Shown in pieces: positions 32,213 through 42,276 of a stretch of DNA of 64,000 nucleotides. The position numbers and the translations under genes were made by a program. Source of the DNA: Dokdonella sp. (GTDB lineage Bacteria > Pseudomonadota > Gammaproteobacteria > Xanthomonadales > Rhodanobacteraceae); contig NZ_JBGAFX010000009.1 in the NCBI RefSeq assembly GCF_044227025.1, positions 7,874 to 71,873 of the forward strand, written 5' to 3'. How positions within the stretch are numbered: position 1 is the stretch's first letter; each line of letters begins with the position of its first letter. Under the pieces are notes generated by a model. The model had not been told where the DNA came from and did not search any database. It worked only from the letters and a program-made list of their open reading frames with translations.

Positions 32213-32851
32213 TCAGGTATCCGGGAACAGCGACGTATGCAGCTGCGCCCGCGCCCGCCGCCAATCGCGGTTCAGCGTGCGCTCGCTGACTCCTTGCAGC
32301 ACGGCGATCTCGGCAACGTCCATGCCGGCGAAGAAGCGCAGTTCGACCAGTTCGGCGAGGCGCGGCTCGTCGGCTGCGAGCTCGGTCAGCGCATGGTCCA
32401 GGCGCAGCAACTGATCGGGCGCGAGTTCGCTGCCGCCGACGACATCGCCTGCTTCTTCGAGGACGACGAACTGGACCTGCCCGCCACCGCGCTTGTCGGC
32501 GATGCGCGCACGCGCGCGATCGATCACGATCTGGCGCATCGCGCGGGCGGCAAGCGCGAAGAAATGCCGGCGTCCCTGCAGCAGGGACAGACGCTCGGGC
32601 TGCGCGAGCTTGAGGTAAACCTCGTGGACGAGTCCGGTGGTGTTCAGCGTGGCGCCCGGCGCAATGGCCAGCTGCTTGCGCGCGAGCAGCTTGAGCTCAG
32701 CGTAGACGCGCGCGAACAGCGCCTTCAGCGCCTGCGTATCGCGGTCGTTCGCGCTGGCCAGTAGCGCATCGATCGACTCGTCCACGGCTACGTCCGCGTT
32801 GCCACCCGGGTCCCCCGGGCACGAGTATAGGACACGCGCTTGCGCCGACAA
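32213..32851 (-). CDS. ECF sigma factor of the kinase-associated type, paralog 2 (up to 212 aa)
   Basis: TGLVHEVYLKL...RRHFFALAARAMRQIVIDRARARIADKRGGG...LRFFAGMDVAEIAVLQGVSERTLNRDWRRARAQL. The start may be the ATG at 32851 or the GTG at 32785. Confidence 0.85.
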   Translation of the reverse strand: MSAQARVLYSCPGDPGGNADVAVDESIDALLASANDRDTQALKALFARVYAELKLLARKQLAIAPGATLNTTGLVHEVYLKLAQPERLSLLQGRRHFFALAARAMRQIVIDRARARIADKRGGGQVQFVVLEEAGDVVGGSELAPDQLLRLDHALTELAADEPRLAELVELRFFAGMDVAEIAVLQGVSERTLNRDWRRARAQLHTSLFPDT

Positions 32852-32876
32852 CGCAGGGCGCGCGCCGCCACCGGCA

Positions 32877-33251
32877 TCACGGCTCCCCGAGTGCCGCCTG
32901 GGTCTTCTTCGGCAGGTTCGCGCGCACCAGTTCGTACGAACGCCGCACGAATCCGGCCAGTTCGTCCTGGGTGAAGCGCTCCGGCTCGGTCACGCTGACC
33001 CAGAACGCGCGCGCCATGTAGTGTGCGGGCGCCATGCCCGGTTGTTCGGTCAGTTCGAGGAAACGGTCGGAGTCGACCTTGAACGACAGGCGACCCCGAT
33101 CCGGGCCGAGCGCGCACATTACCACGAACATCTTGCTGGCGACGCTCCAGACGAGGTCGACTTCCCACTTGATCGAGCGCGTCGCGCCGGGCCAGCGCGC
33201 GCACAGCGCGTCGAGGTCGGTGTCGCGCATCCCGGTCACCTTCGCTGTCAT
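32877..33251 (-). CDS. MmcQ/YjbR-family protein (124 aa)
   Basis: Length and the pattern ...IKWEVDLVWSVASKMFVVM...SFKVDSDRFLELTEQPGMAPAHYMARAFWVSV... match the YjbR fold family. Confidence 0.8.
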   Translation of the reverse strand: MTAKVTGMRDTDLDALCARWPGATRSIKWEVDLVWSVASKMFVVMCALGPDRGRLSFKVDSDRFLELTEQPGMAPAHYMARAFWVSVTEPERFTQDELAGFVRRSYELVRANLPKKTQAALGEP

Positions 33252-33376
33252 CGCGCACCGCCCGCAAAAGTCGCAATCGTAACCGGAGCCGGGTGGCTAT
33301 GATACCGAGCGCGGCGCCGATGCATGGATGCGCGAGCCGGCGCCATGCGCAACGCGCCCGTGGCATGCTGTGCAGG

Positions 33377-33976
33377 ATGAACGAACCTTCGCCCCCTCAC
33401 GCTCCCGCGCAGACACCGGCTCCGGCCGCACGTGCGCGCGGCCGCGCATTCACGACCCGCGACGGCCGCCGCCTGCGCCTGCGGCCGCTGCGACCCGACG
33501 ACGTCGAGGCGCTCAAGCGCGGCTTCGCGCGCCTGACGCCGGATCAGGTGCGCCAGCGCACGTTCCATCGCATGAACGAACTTACCGACGAGGCGGCCCA
33601 GCGCTTCGCGCATGTCGATGCCGCGACGGCAGCCGCCTATGTCGTGGTCGACGACGACGGTGAATTGCATGGCGAGGCGCGGCTGCACGTGACGCCCACG
33701 GGCGAGTCGGCCGAGTTCGCCCTCATCGTCGATCCGCAGATGCTCGGCATCGGCATCGGCGGCGCGCTCATGCGTCGCCTGTTCACCGAGGCGCGTCGGC
33801 GTGGTTTGCGCGAACTGTGGGGTACCGTGCTGGCGGACAACTCGTTGATGCTCGATTTCTCCAGCCAGCTCGGCGCGCGACGCGAGATGATCGCCGACGA
33901 ACCCGATCTCGTGCGTGTGCGTTTCGACCTTGCGCGGCGCGCGCGCGGCAGTCGCCGGCAATCGCCCACGGCATGA
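33377..33976 (+). CDS. GNAT-family acetyltransferase resembling a stand-alone Pat-type GNAT domain (about 199 aa)
   Basis: LRPLRPDDVEALKRGFARLTPDQVRQRTFHRMNELTDE...AEFALIVDPQMLGIGIGGALMRRL. The start is uncertain (ATG at 33365 or 33377). Confidence 0.7.
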   Translation: MNEPSPPHAPAQTPAPAARARGRAFTTRDGRRLRLRPLRPDDVEALKRGFARLTPDQVRQRTFHRMNELTDEAAQRFAHVDAATAAAYVVVDDDGELHGEARLHVTPTGESAEFALIVDPQMLGIGIGGALMRRLFTEARRRGLRELWGTVLADNSLMLDFSSQLGARREMIADEPDLVRVRFDLARRARGSRRQSPTA

Positions 33977-34069
33977 CGCCCGCGCGCGCCGGGACCGCAG
34001 GATCCATCTCCTGCGAGCGACCGGCCCGCGATGCGCATTGGCAATGGCGGTCGCGCACGGGGTGCGCTC

Positions 34070-37000
34070 CTAGCCTGCCACTGCCTCGCCGTGTTTTTCG
34101 TCGCCACGCCGCATGCGCTGCCGCAGGCGCTCGAAGTACAGAAAGATCACCGGCGTGATGTACAGGGTCAGCAACTGCGACGTGACGAGGCCGCCGACCA
34201 CCGCGAGTCCGAGCGGGCGGCGCGCTTCAGCGCCGGCCCCGAAACCGAGCGCGATCGGCAGCGTGCCCATCAGCGCCGCGAACGTCGTCATCATGATCGG
34301 GCGGAAGCGGACCACGCAGGCATCGAGGATCGCGCGTTCCGCATCCTCGCCCTCGCGCTGCTTCTCGAGCGCGAAGTCGATCATCATGATCGCGTTCTTC
34401 TTCACGATGCCGATGAGCATGATCAGGCCGACGGCACCGTAGAGGTCAAGGTCCTTGCCGAACACCATCAGGGTCAGCAATGCGCCGAACACCGCGGTCG
34501 GCAGCCCGGACAGGATCGTCAGCGGATGGATGAAGCTCTCGTACAGGATGCCGAGCACGAGGTAGATCACGAACACGGCGAGCAGCAGCAGCATGCCCAT
34601 GCCCGACAGCGAATCCTGGAATTGCTGCGCGGTACCCTGGAACGACGCCGTGATCGTGTCCGGCATGCGCAGATCGGCGACCGCGCGGTCGACGCCGGAC
34701 ACCGCATCACTGAGCGACATGCCCGGGCCAAGGTTGAACGACACGGTCACCGCCGAGACCTGGCCGAGATGGTTGATGGTCGCCGGTCCGACCGAATGAC
34801 CGGTCTGCGTCACCGCCGACAACGGCACCAGCCGCGATGAGGGACTGGATGTCGAGTCGCCCGCCAGCGCCTTCGGTGGCAAGTTCGGCGTGACGTAGAT
34901 CGAGGACAGCACCGAGGTGTCGGCCTGGCGAGCCGGATCGACCTGCAGCAGCACCCAGAACTGGTCCGACGCGGTATAGATCGTCGACACCTGCGCCGGA
35001 CCGAACGCGTAGTAGAGCGCGCTCTCGATCGCGTCCGGCGTGACGCCGTACGCGGCAGCGGCGTCGCGGTCGATGCTGACATCGAGCTGCGGATTCGCGA
35101 TCTGCATGTCGCTGTTGACGTCGAGGAAACCGGGCAGCTTGGCGAGCGCCGCCACCAGTTTCGGCGTCCACTCGAACAAGCGCTTCGTGTCGGTATCCTG
35201 CAGCACGAACTGGTAGGTGCTGTTGGTGAGCTTGCCGCCGATGCGGATCAGCGGCAGGTTCTGCGCGAAAGCCTGCAAGCCGGCGATCTGCTGGAGTTTC
35301 GGGCGGATCTCCTGCACCACCTCGTCGGCGCTCTTGCGCTCATGCGGCGGTTTCAGGTTCACGATCATGCGCCCGAGATTCAGCGTCGCGCTGCTGCCGC
35401 CGGCGCCGACGAACGCCATCACGTTCTCGACATTGGGGTCGTTGCGCAGAATCTCTGCCGCCTTGCGCTGCTTTTCCAGCATCGCGTCGAAGCCGATGTC
35501 CTGCGCGGCCTGGGTGAACACGAACAACTGCCCGGTGTCGTCGTTCGGCAGGAAACCCTTGGGAACATGCACCGCCAGCACGCCGGTCGCGACCACCAGC
35601 GCGAAGAACACGCCCAGCACGAAGCGCCGATGGCGCACGCCGGCGCGAACCGTACGCGCATAGAACGCCTGCATCGCGTCGAACGCGCGCTCGAACGACT
35701 GATACAGGCGCCCGTGCGTGCCGCCATGCAACGGCTTGAGCATGCGGCTGCACAACATCGGGGTCAGGCTCAGCGAGACGAAGCCGGAAACGAGCACCGC
35801 GGCGACGATCGTGACCGCGAACTCCTTCAGCAGGCGACCGATGATGCCGCCCATGAACATGACCGGGATGAATACCGCGGCAAGCGACAGGGTCATCGAG
35901 ACGATCGTGAAGCCGATTTCGCGCGCGCCGTCGAGCGTCGCGGTCAGGCGGTCCTTGCCCATCTCGAGATGGCGCGAAACGTTTTCCAGCATCACGATCG
36001 CGTCATCGACGACGAAGCCGACCGCGAGCGTGAGCGCCATCAGCGACAGGTTGTCGATGCTGAAGCCGAGTGCGTACATGACTGCGAAGGTGCCGACGAT
36101 CGACATCGGCAACGCGAGCGACGGGATCAACGTCGCCGGCAGGTTGCGCAGGAACACGAAGATCACCAGCACGACCAGGCACAATGCGAGCAGCAGGCTG
36201 AACTTCACGTCGGAAACCGATTCGCGGATGCTCTGCGAACGATCGTAGATGACGTCGAGCTGCGCCCCGGCCGGCAACGAGCGCTGGAACGACGGCAGCA
36301 TCTTGCGGATGTCCTCGACGACCTGGATGGTGTTCGTGCCCGGCTGCTTCTGGATCGCCAGCACGACGCCTTGCTCACCGTTGATGATCGCGCCGCCCTT
36401 GTCGTTCTGCACGCCGTCGTAGACTCGGGCGACGTCCTTCAGGCGCACCGGCGCGCCGTTCTGGTAGCTGACGATGAGCTCGCCGAATGCGGCGGCGTCG
36501 TACAGCTGTCCGCCGACCATCACGTTGTAGATGCGGTTCGGCCCGTACAGCGTGCCGGTCGGCAGGTTCACGTTGCCCTTGCCGATCGCGCCAGCCACGG
36601 TATCGATACCCAGCCCGCGCGCCGCGAGCGCATCCGGATCGAGGTCGATGCGCACCGCGTATTTCTGCGAACCGTAGACATTGACCTGGGCCACGCCGTT
36701 GACGGTCGAGATGCGCTGCGCGAGCGTGTTCTCGGCGTACTCGTCGAGCGTCGACAGGCGCAGCGTCTTCGAGGTGAACGCGACGTAGAACACCGGCGAG
36801 TCGGCCGGATTCACCTTCTTGAACGTCGGCGGCGTCGTCATCTGCGTCGGCAGCTGGCGCAACGCCGACGAGATCGCCGCCTGCACGTCCTGCGCGGCGG
36901 CGTCGATGCTGCGATCGAGCGCGAACTGCAGCGTGATGCTGGTCGAGCCGAGTGCACTCGAGGAGGTCATCGAATCGAGCGCGGGAATGGTCGAGAACTG

Positions 37001-37207
37001 CTTTTCGAGCGGCGTCGCGACCGCCGACGCCATCGTTTCGGGCGATGCGCCCGGCAGGTTCGCCGACACCTGGATGGTCGGGAAGTCCACGTTCGGCAAT
37101 GCGGCCACCGGAAGCTGGCGATAGCCGACGATGCCGAACACGAGGATGCCGATCATGACCAGGGTGGTCATGACCGGACGGCGGACGAAAACTTCGGACA
37201 CGTTCAT
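34070..37207 (-). CDS. RND efflux transporter permease (MdtB/MdtC/AcrB-like, 1045 aa)
   Basis: Canonical N-terminus MNVSEVFVRRPVMTTLVMIGILVFG...LPNVDFPTIQV. Twelve-TM, two-large-loop architecture, full length. Confidence 0.95.
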   Translation of the reverse strand: MNVSEVFVRRPVMTTLVMIGILVFGIVGYRQLPVAALPNVDFPTIQVSANLPGASPETMASAVATPLEKQFSTIPALDSMTSSSALGSTSITLQFALDRSIDAAAQDVQAAISSALRQLPTQMTTPPTFKKVNPADSPVFYVAFTSKTLRLSTLDEYAENTLAQRISTVNGVAQVNVYGSQKYAVRIDLDPDALAARGLGIDTVAGAIGKGNVNLPTGTLYGPNRIYNVMVGGQLYDAAAFGELIVSYQNGAPVRLKDVARVYDGVQNDKGGAIINGEQGVVLAIQKQPGTNTIQVVEDIRKMLPSFQRSLPAGAQLDVIYDRSQSIRESVSDVKFSLLLALCLVVLVIFVFLRNLPATLIPSLALPMSIVGTFAVMYALGFSIDNLSLMALTLAVGFVVDDAIVMLENVSRHLEMGKDRLTATLDGAREIGFTIVSMTLSLAAVFIPVMFMGGIIGRLLKEFAVTIVAAVLVSGFVSLSLTPMLCSRMLKPLHGGTHGRLYQSFERAFDAMQAFYARTVRAGVRHRRFVLGVFFALVVATGVLAVHVPKGFLPNDDTGQLFVFTQAAQDIGFDAMLEKQRKAAEILRNDPNVENVMAFVGAGGSSATLNLGRMIVNLKPPHERKSADEVVQEIRPKLQQIAGLQAFAQNLPLIRIGGKLTNSTYQFVLQDTDTKRLFEWTPKLVAALAKLPGFLDVNSDMQIANPQLDVSIDRDAAAAYGVTPDAIESALYYAFGPAQVSTIYTASDQFWVLLQVDPARQADTSVLSSIYVTPNLPPKALAGDSTSSPSSRLVPLSAVTQTGHSVGPATINHLGQVSAVTVSFNLGPGMSLSDAVSGVDRAVADLRMPDTITASFQGTAQQFQDSLSGMGMLLLLAVFVIYLVLGILYESFIHPLTILSGLPTAVFGALLTLMVFGKDLDLYGAVGLIMLIGIVKKNAIMMIDFALEKQREGEDAERAILDACVVRFRPIMMTTFAALMGTLPIALGFGAGAEARRPLGLAVVGGLVTSQLLTLYITPVIFLYFERLRQRMRRGDEKHGEAVAG

Positions 37208-37231
37208 GGCGGCGACCTCATCGCGAGGGCC

Positions 37232-38350
37232 TCATGGCGCAGCAACGGCGAGCGGCGTCTTGTCCTCGACGCGCGACTGGCCATCGAGCACGACGGTCTC
37301 GCCAGCGGCGAGTCCCTGTGCCACGACCGCCTCGCCGGCCACCACCCGCGCCACCGCAACCGCGCGTTGTTCCGCCGTGTGATCCGCGCGCACGACGAAT
37401 ACATAGGACCCGTCCGGGCCGTTCTGGATCGTCTGCTGCGGCACCACCACCGCGTTTGCGTCATGGCCGAGCGTTAGGTTCACGTTGACGAGCTGGCCCG
37501 GCCACAGCACATGGCCGTCGTTGGCGAACTCGGCGCGCAGCTTGACCGTACCGGTCGCGCCATCGACTGCGTTGTCGATGAAAGCGACCTTGCCCTCGAC
37601 CGGCTGGTCGATGCCGATCACGCGCGCCTGCGCCGCAAGCGCACCTCCCTTCTGCGCCACCTGCATGCGACCGAGCAAAGCCGAAGGCAACGAGAACGAC
37701 ACGTAGATCGGTTCGATCTGGTTGATCGTGACGAGCGGGTTGGTGTCGTTCGCCTTCACCACATTGCCCGCCTGGATCAGGATGCGCCCGATGCGACCGC
37801 TGATCGGCGCATGGATGTCGGTGTAGGAGAGCGTGACTCGCGCCGCGGCGACGTTCGCCTCGTCGACCTTCACGCTCGCGATCGCCGCCTGCAGGTTGGT
37901 GCGGTATTGCTCCATCTGGTCGGCCGAGAGATAGCCCTTCGCGGCGAGATCCTGGTAGCGCTTGACCTGCGAGCGCGCCTGTTCGAGCGCCGCCTGGTCC
38001 TTCGCCTGCGCCGACAGCGCCTGTTGCAGCGCGGCCTGTGCGGGACGCGGATCGATGCGGAACAGCAATTCGCCGGCGTGGACGTCGGCGCCGTCCCTGA
38101 TCCGCACTTCGAGCAACTGGCCATCGACGAGGGACTTGACCGCGACGCTGTTGATCGCCTCCACGCTGCCCGGCGCGCTCACCAGTACCGGCATGTCGCG
38201 CGTCGCGGCCGTGACGGCGGTGACCGGAACCGGCGCACGCTTCGGCGGCGCCTGTTCGCGCGAGCAGGCGGACACCAAGGCGAGCGTCACCAGGGCGACC
38301 GCGCGAAACGCGACCGACGGCATCCAACCGCGCCTGCTTTCCTCGACCAC
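37232..38350 (-). CDS. RND periplasmic adaptor (membrane fusion protein, up to 372 aa)
   Basis: Lipobox LALVSAC. Biotinyl-lipoyl and coiled-coil hairpin motifs are present (GELLFRIDPRP...YTDIHAPISGRIG). It lies 24 nt upstream of the RND permease. An alternative start lies at 38323. Confidence 0.9.
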   Translation of the reverse strand: MVEESRRGWMPSVAFRAVALVTLALVSACSREQAPPKRAPVPVTAVTAATRDMPVLVSAPGSVEAINSVAVKSLVDGQLLEVRIRDGADVHAGELLFRIDPRPAQAALQQALSAQAKDQAALEQARSQVKRYQDLAAKGYLSADQMEQYRTNLQAAIASVKVDEANVAAARVTLSYTDIHAPISGRIGRILIQAGNVVKANDTNPLVTINQIEPIYVSFSLPSALLGRMQVAQKGGALAAQARVIGIDQPVEGKVAFIDNAVDGATGTVKLRAEFANDGHVLWPGQLVNVNLTLGHDANAVVVPQQTIQNGPDGSYVFVVRADHTAEQRAVAVARVVAGEAVVAQGLAAGETVVLDGQSRVEDKTPLAVAAP

Positions 38351-38549
38351 GCATCACTCCTTCAGCGCCCGCCACAGTGCGTAGTTTGACCGATCGCGGC
38401 GCGCGGGTTCCGACCGGGGCTGGTAAACACCGGGTAAAGACGCCACATGACCTCCGGCCTACCGAACCGGGGTGCGCATCGCTACACTGCGCGGCCTCGC
38501 GCTGGGCCGGTTTTCGCCGCCTCGGCGCTGCCGTCGTTTCCGGAACCGC

Positions 38550-41500
38550 ATGAATCGATTGATCTCCCCGCCGCTGCCGACCTCGAACCGCCAGCGGCGC
38601 TACTGGACGACCCCGCACGGCGCGGCGCTCGCACTGGCGCTGGCCGAGGCCGGGCGCACGCACGCGGGCCTGGTGGTCGCGGTCGCGCGCGACACGCATG
38701 CGGCGCACGCGCTCGAAAGCGAACTTGCGGTGTTCGCCGGCGACGACCTCGAAGTGTTGCAGTTCCCGGACTGGGAAACCCTGCCCTACGACCTGTTCTC
38801 GCCCCATCCCGACATCATTTCCCAGCGCGTCGCCGCGCTGTATCGACTGCCGTCGCTGAAGCGCGGCGTGCTGGTCGTGCCGGTCGCGACACTGATGCAG
38901 CGTCTCGCTCCGCGCAGCTACATCAGCGGCTCCGGCCTCGTGCTGGAGTTGCGGCAGAAGCTCGATTTCGCCAGCGAGCAGCGCCGCCTCGAAGCGGCCG
39001 GCTACCGCAACGTGCCGCAGGTGCAGGAACCCGGCGACTTCGCCGTGCGCGGCGCCCTGCTCGACATCTTCCCGATGGGCAGCCCGACGCCGTACCGGAT
39101 CGAGCTGTTCGACGACGAGATCGAATCGATCCGCACGTTCGATCCCGAGACGCAGCGTTCGGACCACAAGGTCGATTCGGTGCGCCTGCTGCCGGCGCGC
39201 GAATTCCCGCTGACCGAGGAATCGGCGAAGGCTTTCCGCAACGCGTTGCGCGAGCGCTTCCCGATCGACCCGCGCCGTTGCCCGCTGTACCAGGACATCA
39301 AGGAAGGCGCGACGCCCGCCGGCATCGAGTACTACCTGCCGATGTTCTTCAAGCAGACCGAGACGCTGTTCGACTATCTCTCCGGCGATGCGCTGTTCGT
39401 GCTCGCCGAGGGCGCGCTGGACGCAGCCGACGCGTTCTGGACGCAGACCGGCGCACGCTACGAACAGCGCGCGCACGACGTCGAACGGCCGGTATTGCCA
39501 CCGACCGAGCTGTACCTGCCGCCACAGCAGTTGCGCGAACACCTCAATGTCGCCCTGCGCGTCGAGGTGGTCGCGAAGGGCACGTCTCCCTCACGCGGCG
39601 CTGCGCGCCACCCTCTCCCGCAGGCGGTAGAGGGAAGTATCGAGCGGCCTGCGGCCGCTGATCGCCGGATGGATCACGCGGTCGACATCGGTACGCAGCC
39701 CGCGCCGAACCTTCCACTCAACCGCAAGGGCGAAGAATCCGGCGACGCCCTCCGCCACTTCCTCACGACCTATCCCGGGCGTGTGCTGATCGCGACCGAT
39801 TCCGCCGGTCGGCGCGAGGGATTGATCGAACAGCTCGCAGCGGCGCGCCTGCGCCCACAGACCTACGTCGACTGGCAGCAGTTCGCTTCCGACACGAATC
39901 GGTTCGGGATAACCGTCGCGCCGCTCGAACAGGGTTTCGCGCTGACCGAACCCGCGCTGACCGTGCTGACCGAGCGCGAGCTGTACGGCGAGCGCGCGCA
40001 GCAGGTGCGCCGGCGCAAGCGCGCCGCGCGCGATCCGGAAGCGGTGCTGCGCGATCTCTCCGAACTCGTGCCGGGCGCGCCGATCGTGCATATCGACCAT
40101 GGCGTCGGCCGCTACCAGGGCCTCGTCAAGCTCGATGTCGGTGGTCGGGCCCAATACGGCGAGGAACCGTCCGAATTCCTCGCGATCGAGTACGCCAAGG
40201 GCGACAAGCTGTACGTGCCGGTGGCGCAATTGCACCTCGTCTCGCGCTACTCCGGCACCGCGCCCGAGCTCGCGCCGCTGCACGCGCTCGGCGGCGATGC
40301 GTGGGAACGCGCAAAGAAGAAGGCGGCGCAGAAGGTGCGCGACGTCGCTGCCGAACTGCTCGCGATCTACGCGCAGCGCGAAGCACGCCGCGGCACTGCG
40401 ATCGCGGTCGACCACGAGATGGCCGAGCAGTTCGCCGCCGCGTTCCCGTTCGAGGAAACACCGGACCAGGAAAGCGCGATCGAGGCGGTGATCGCCGACC
40501 TCGCCGCCGCGAGACCGATGGATCGCGTGGTCTGCGGCGACGTCGGCTTCGGCAAGACCGAAGTCGCGCTGCGCGCCGCGTTCGTGGCGGCAACCGCCGG
40601 CAAGCAGGTCGCGGTGCTCGCGCCGACCACGCTGCTCGCGCAGCAGCACTACCAGAATTTCCGCGACCGCTATGCGGACTGGCCGATCCGCGTCGAGGTG
40701 CTGTCGCGCTTCAAGTCGAAGAAGGAAATCGACGCGGCGTTGGCCAAGCTCGCCGACGGCCAGATCGACGTCATCATCGGCACCCACAAGCTGGTCCAGC
40801 CCGACGTGCGCTTCAAGGACCTCGGCCTCGTCATCATCGACGAGGAACAGCGCTTCGGCGTGCGCCAGAAGGAAGCGCTGAAGAAACTGCGCGCCGAGGT
40901 CGACGTGCTGACCCTGACTGCGACGCCGATCCCGCGCACCTTGAACATGGCGATGGCCGGGCTGCGCGACCTCTCGATCATCGCCACGCCACCGGCGCAT
41001 CGGCTCGCCGTGCAGACATTCATCGGGCCGTACGACACGGCCACCATCCGTGAGGCGATGCAGCGCGAGCACGCGCGCGGCGGCCAGGTCTATTTCCTGC
41101 ACAACGACGTCGAGACGATCGAGAAGACCGCCCGCGAACTCGCCGAACTGATGCCGGAGGCGCGCATCCGCATCGCGCACGGGCAGATGCCGGACCGCGA
41201 ACTCGAGCTGATCATGCTCGACTTCTATCGCCAGCGCTTCAACGTGCTCGTCGCGACCACGATCATCGAATCCGGCATCGACGTGCCGAGCGCGAACACG
41301 ATCGTCATCAACCGCGCCGACCGCTTCGGCCTTGCCCAGCTGCATCAGCTGCGCGGGCGCGTCGGGCGTTCGCACCATCGCGCCTATGCCTACCTGATGC
41401 TGCCGGAAGGCCGCACGATCACCGCCGACGCGGAGAAGCGCCTCGAAGCACTCGCCTCGCTCGACGAACTCGGCGCCGGCTTCACGCTGGCCACCCACGA

Positions 41501-42101
41501 CCTAGAGATCCGCGGTGCCGGCGAACTGCTCGGCGAGGACCAGAGCGGGCAGATCGAGGAAGTCGGCTTCTCGCTCTACAGCGAGATGCTCGATCGCGCG
41601 GTGCGCGCGCTCAAGCAGGGCAAGGTGCCCGACTTCGAGCTGACCAGCGAGCACGAAGCAGAGGTCGTGATGAACATCCCGGCGCTGATCCCTGACGACT
41701 ACCTCCCCGACGTCAACACGCGCCTGACCCTGTACAAGCGCATTGCCAGCGCGCGCAATGCCGATGAACTCGGGGAGTTGCAGGTCGAGATGATCGACCG
41801 CTTCGGCCTGCTGCCCGATCCGGTCCGGAACCTGTTCGCGGTGACCGCGCTCAAGCTCGCGGCGACGCCACTCGGCATCCGCAAGCTCGAACTCGGAGCG
41901 AACGGCGGACGCGTGATCTTCCGTCCGCAGCCGACGGTCGAGCCGCTGACGATCATCAAGCTGATCCAGTCGCAGCCGCGTGTGTATGCGCTCGACGGCC
42001 AGGACAAGCTGAAGTTCAAGATGCCGCTTGAAGGCGCGGACGAACGCCTTCGCGCGGCGAACGACCTCCTGCGCGCGCTCGGCGCGCGGGTCGCGGCCTA
42101 G
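38550..42101 (+). CDS. mfd: Transcription-repair coupling factor
   Basis: Trimmed to MNRLISPPLP. UvrB-homology N-terminus, RNAP-interacting domain, and superfamily 2 translocase motifs (GDVGFGKTEVALRAA, IIDEEQRFG, TLTATPIPRT, GQVYFLHN, QLRGRVGR). 1183 aa. Confidence 0.96.
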   Translation: MNRLISPPLPTSNRQRRYWTTPHGAALALALAEAGRTHAGLVVAVARDTHAAHALESELAVFAGDDLEVLQFPDWETLPYDLFSPHPDIISQRVAALYRLPSLKRGVLVVPVATLMQRLAPRSYISGSGLVLELRQKLDFASEQRRLEAAGYRNVPQVQEPGDFAVRGALLDIFPMGSPTPYRIELFDDEIESIRTFDPETQRSDHKVDSVRLLPAREFPLTEESAKAFRNALRERFPIDPRRCPLYQDIKEGATPAGIEYYLPMFFKQTETLFDYLSGDALFVLAEGALDAADAFWTQTGARYEQRAHDVERPVLPPTELYLPPQQLREHLNVALRVEVVAKGTSPSRGAARHPLPQAVEGSIERPAAADRRMDHAVDIGTQPAPNLPLNRKGEESGDALRHFLTTYPGRVLIATDSAGRREGLIEQLAAARLRPQTYVDWQQFASDTNRFGITVAPLEQGFALTEPALTVLTERELYGERAQQVRRRKRAARDPEAVLRDLSELVPGAPIVHIDHGVGRYQGLVKLDVGGRAQYGEEPSEFLAIEYAKGDKLYVPVAQLHLVSRYSGTAPELAPLHALGGDAWERAKKKAAQKVRDVAAELLAIYAQREARRGTAIAVDHEMAEQFAAAFPFEETPDQESAIEAVIADLAAARPMDRVVCGDVGFGKTEVALRAAFVAATAGKQVAVLAPTTLLAQQHYQNFRDRYADWPIRVEVLSRFKSKKEIDAALAKLADGQIDVIIGTHKLVQPDVRFKDLGLVIIDEEQRFGVRQKEALKKLRAEVDVLTLTATPIPRTLNMAMAGLRDLSIIATPPAHRLAVQTFIGPYDTATIREAMQREHARGGQVYFLHNDVETIEKTARELAELMPEARIRIAHGQMPDRELELIMLDFYRQRFNVLVATTIIESGIDVPSANTIVINRADRFGLAQLHQLRGRVGRSHHRAYAYLMLPEGRTITADAEKRLEALASLDELGAGFTLATHDLEIRGAGELLGEDQSGQIEEVGFSLYSEMLDRAVRALKQGKVPDFELTSEHEAEVVMNIPALIPDDYLPDVNTRLTLYKRIASARNADELGELQVEMIDRFGLLPDPVRNLFAVTALKLAATPLGIRKLELGANGGRVIFRPQPTVEPLTIIKLIQSQPRVYALDGQDKLKFKMPLEGADERLRAANDLLRALGARVAA
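39611..39634. repeat. Hairpin core CCCTCTCCCGC-AG-GCGGTAGAGGG (family B REP-like core) inside the mfd reading frame
   Basis: An 11-nt arm with one mismatch. The same core, perfect, occurs intergenically at 55068-55091. A second palindrome GCGGCC-TGC-GGCCGC follows at about 39646-39660. Confidence 0.6.
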
Positions 42102-42276
42102 CAGGCGGGCGCGCCGCGCACCGCCGCGCAACCCTTGCGTCGGTTCAGGCGCGTGAATGCGGCCTGTCCCGTTCATGCCGCATCGCCGTCCGCGTTCAGC
42201 CGCGCGGCGTAGGCTCGATCGACGGACAACGGTGGTTTGCCACTGGAGTTCTTCCGATTGCCAACGAGGAGCACAC

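Noticed and set aside
29529-32414. 961-aa plus-strand ORF
   Set aside because: It mirrors the second Ser/Thr kinase and the ECF sigma gene, for the same reasons.
34070-38350. RND pump pair, considered as a possible novel system because no outer-membrane factor or local regulator is adjacent
   Set aside because: Two-gene adaptor-permease operons that borrow a distal TolC-type channel are common. Nothing in the sequence is unusual.
35342-41498. Long ORFs 35342..37477 (+), 37461..39542 (-) and 39591..41498 (-)
   Set aside because: They lie antisense to the RND permease/adaptor and to mfd respectively. Composition is Arg/Asp/His-rich with no recognisable domains.
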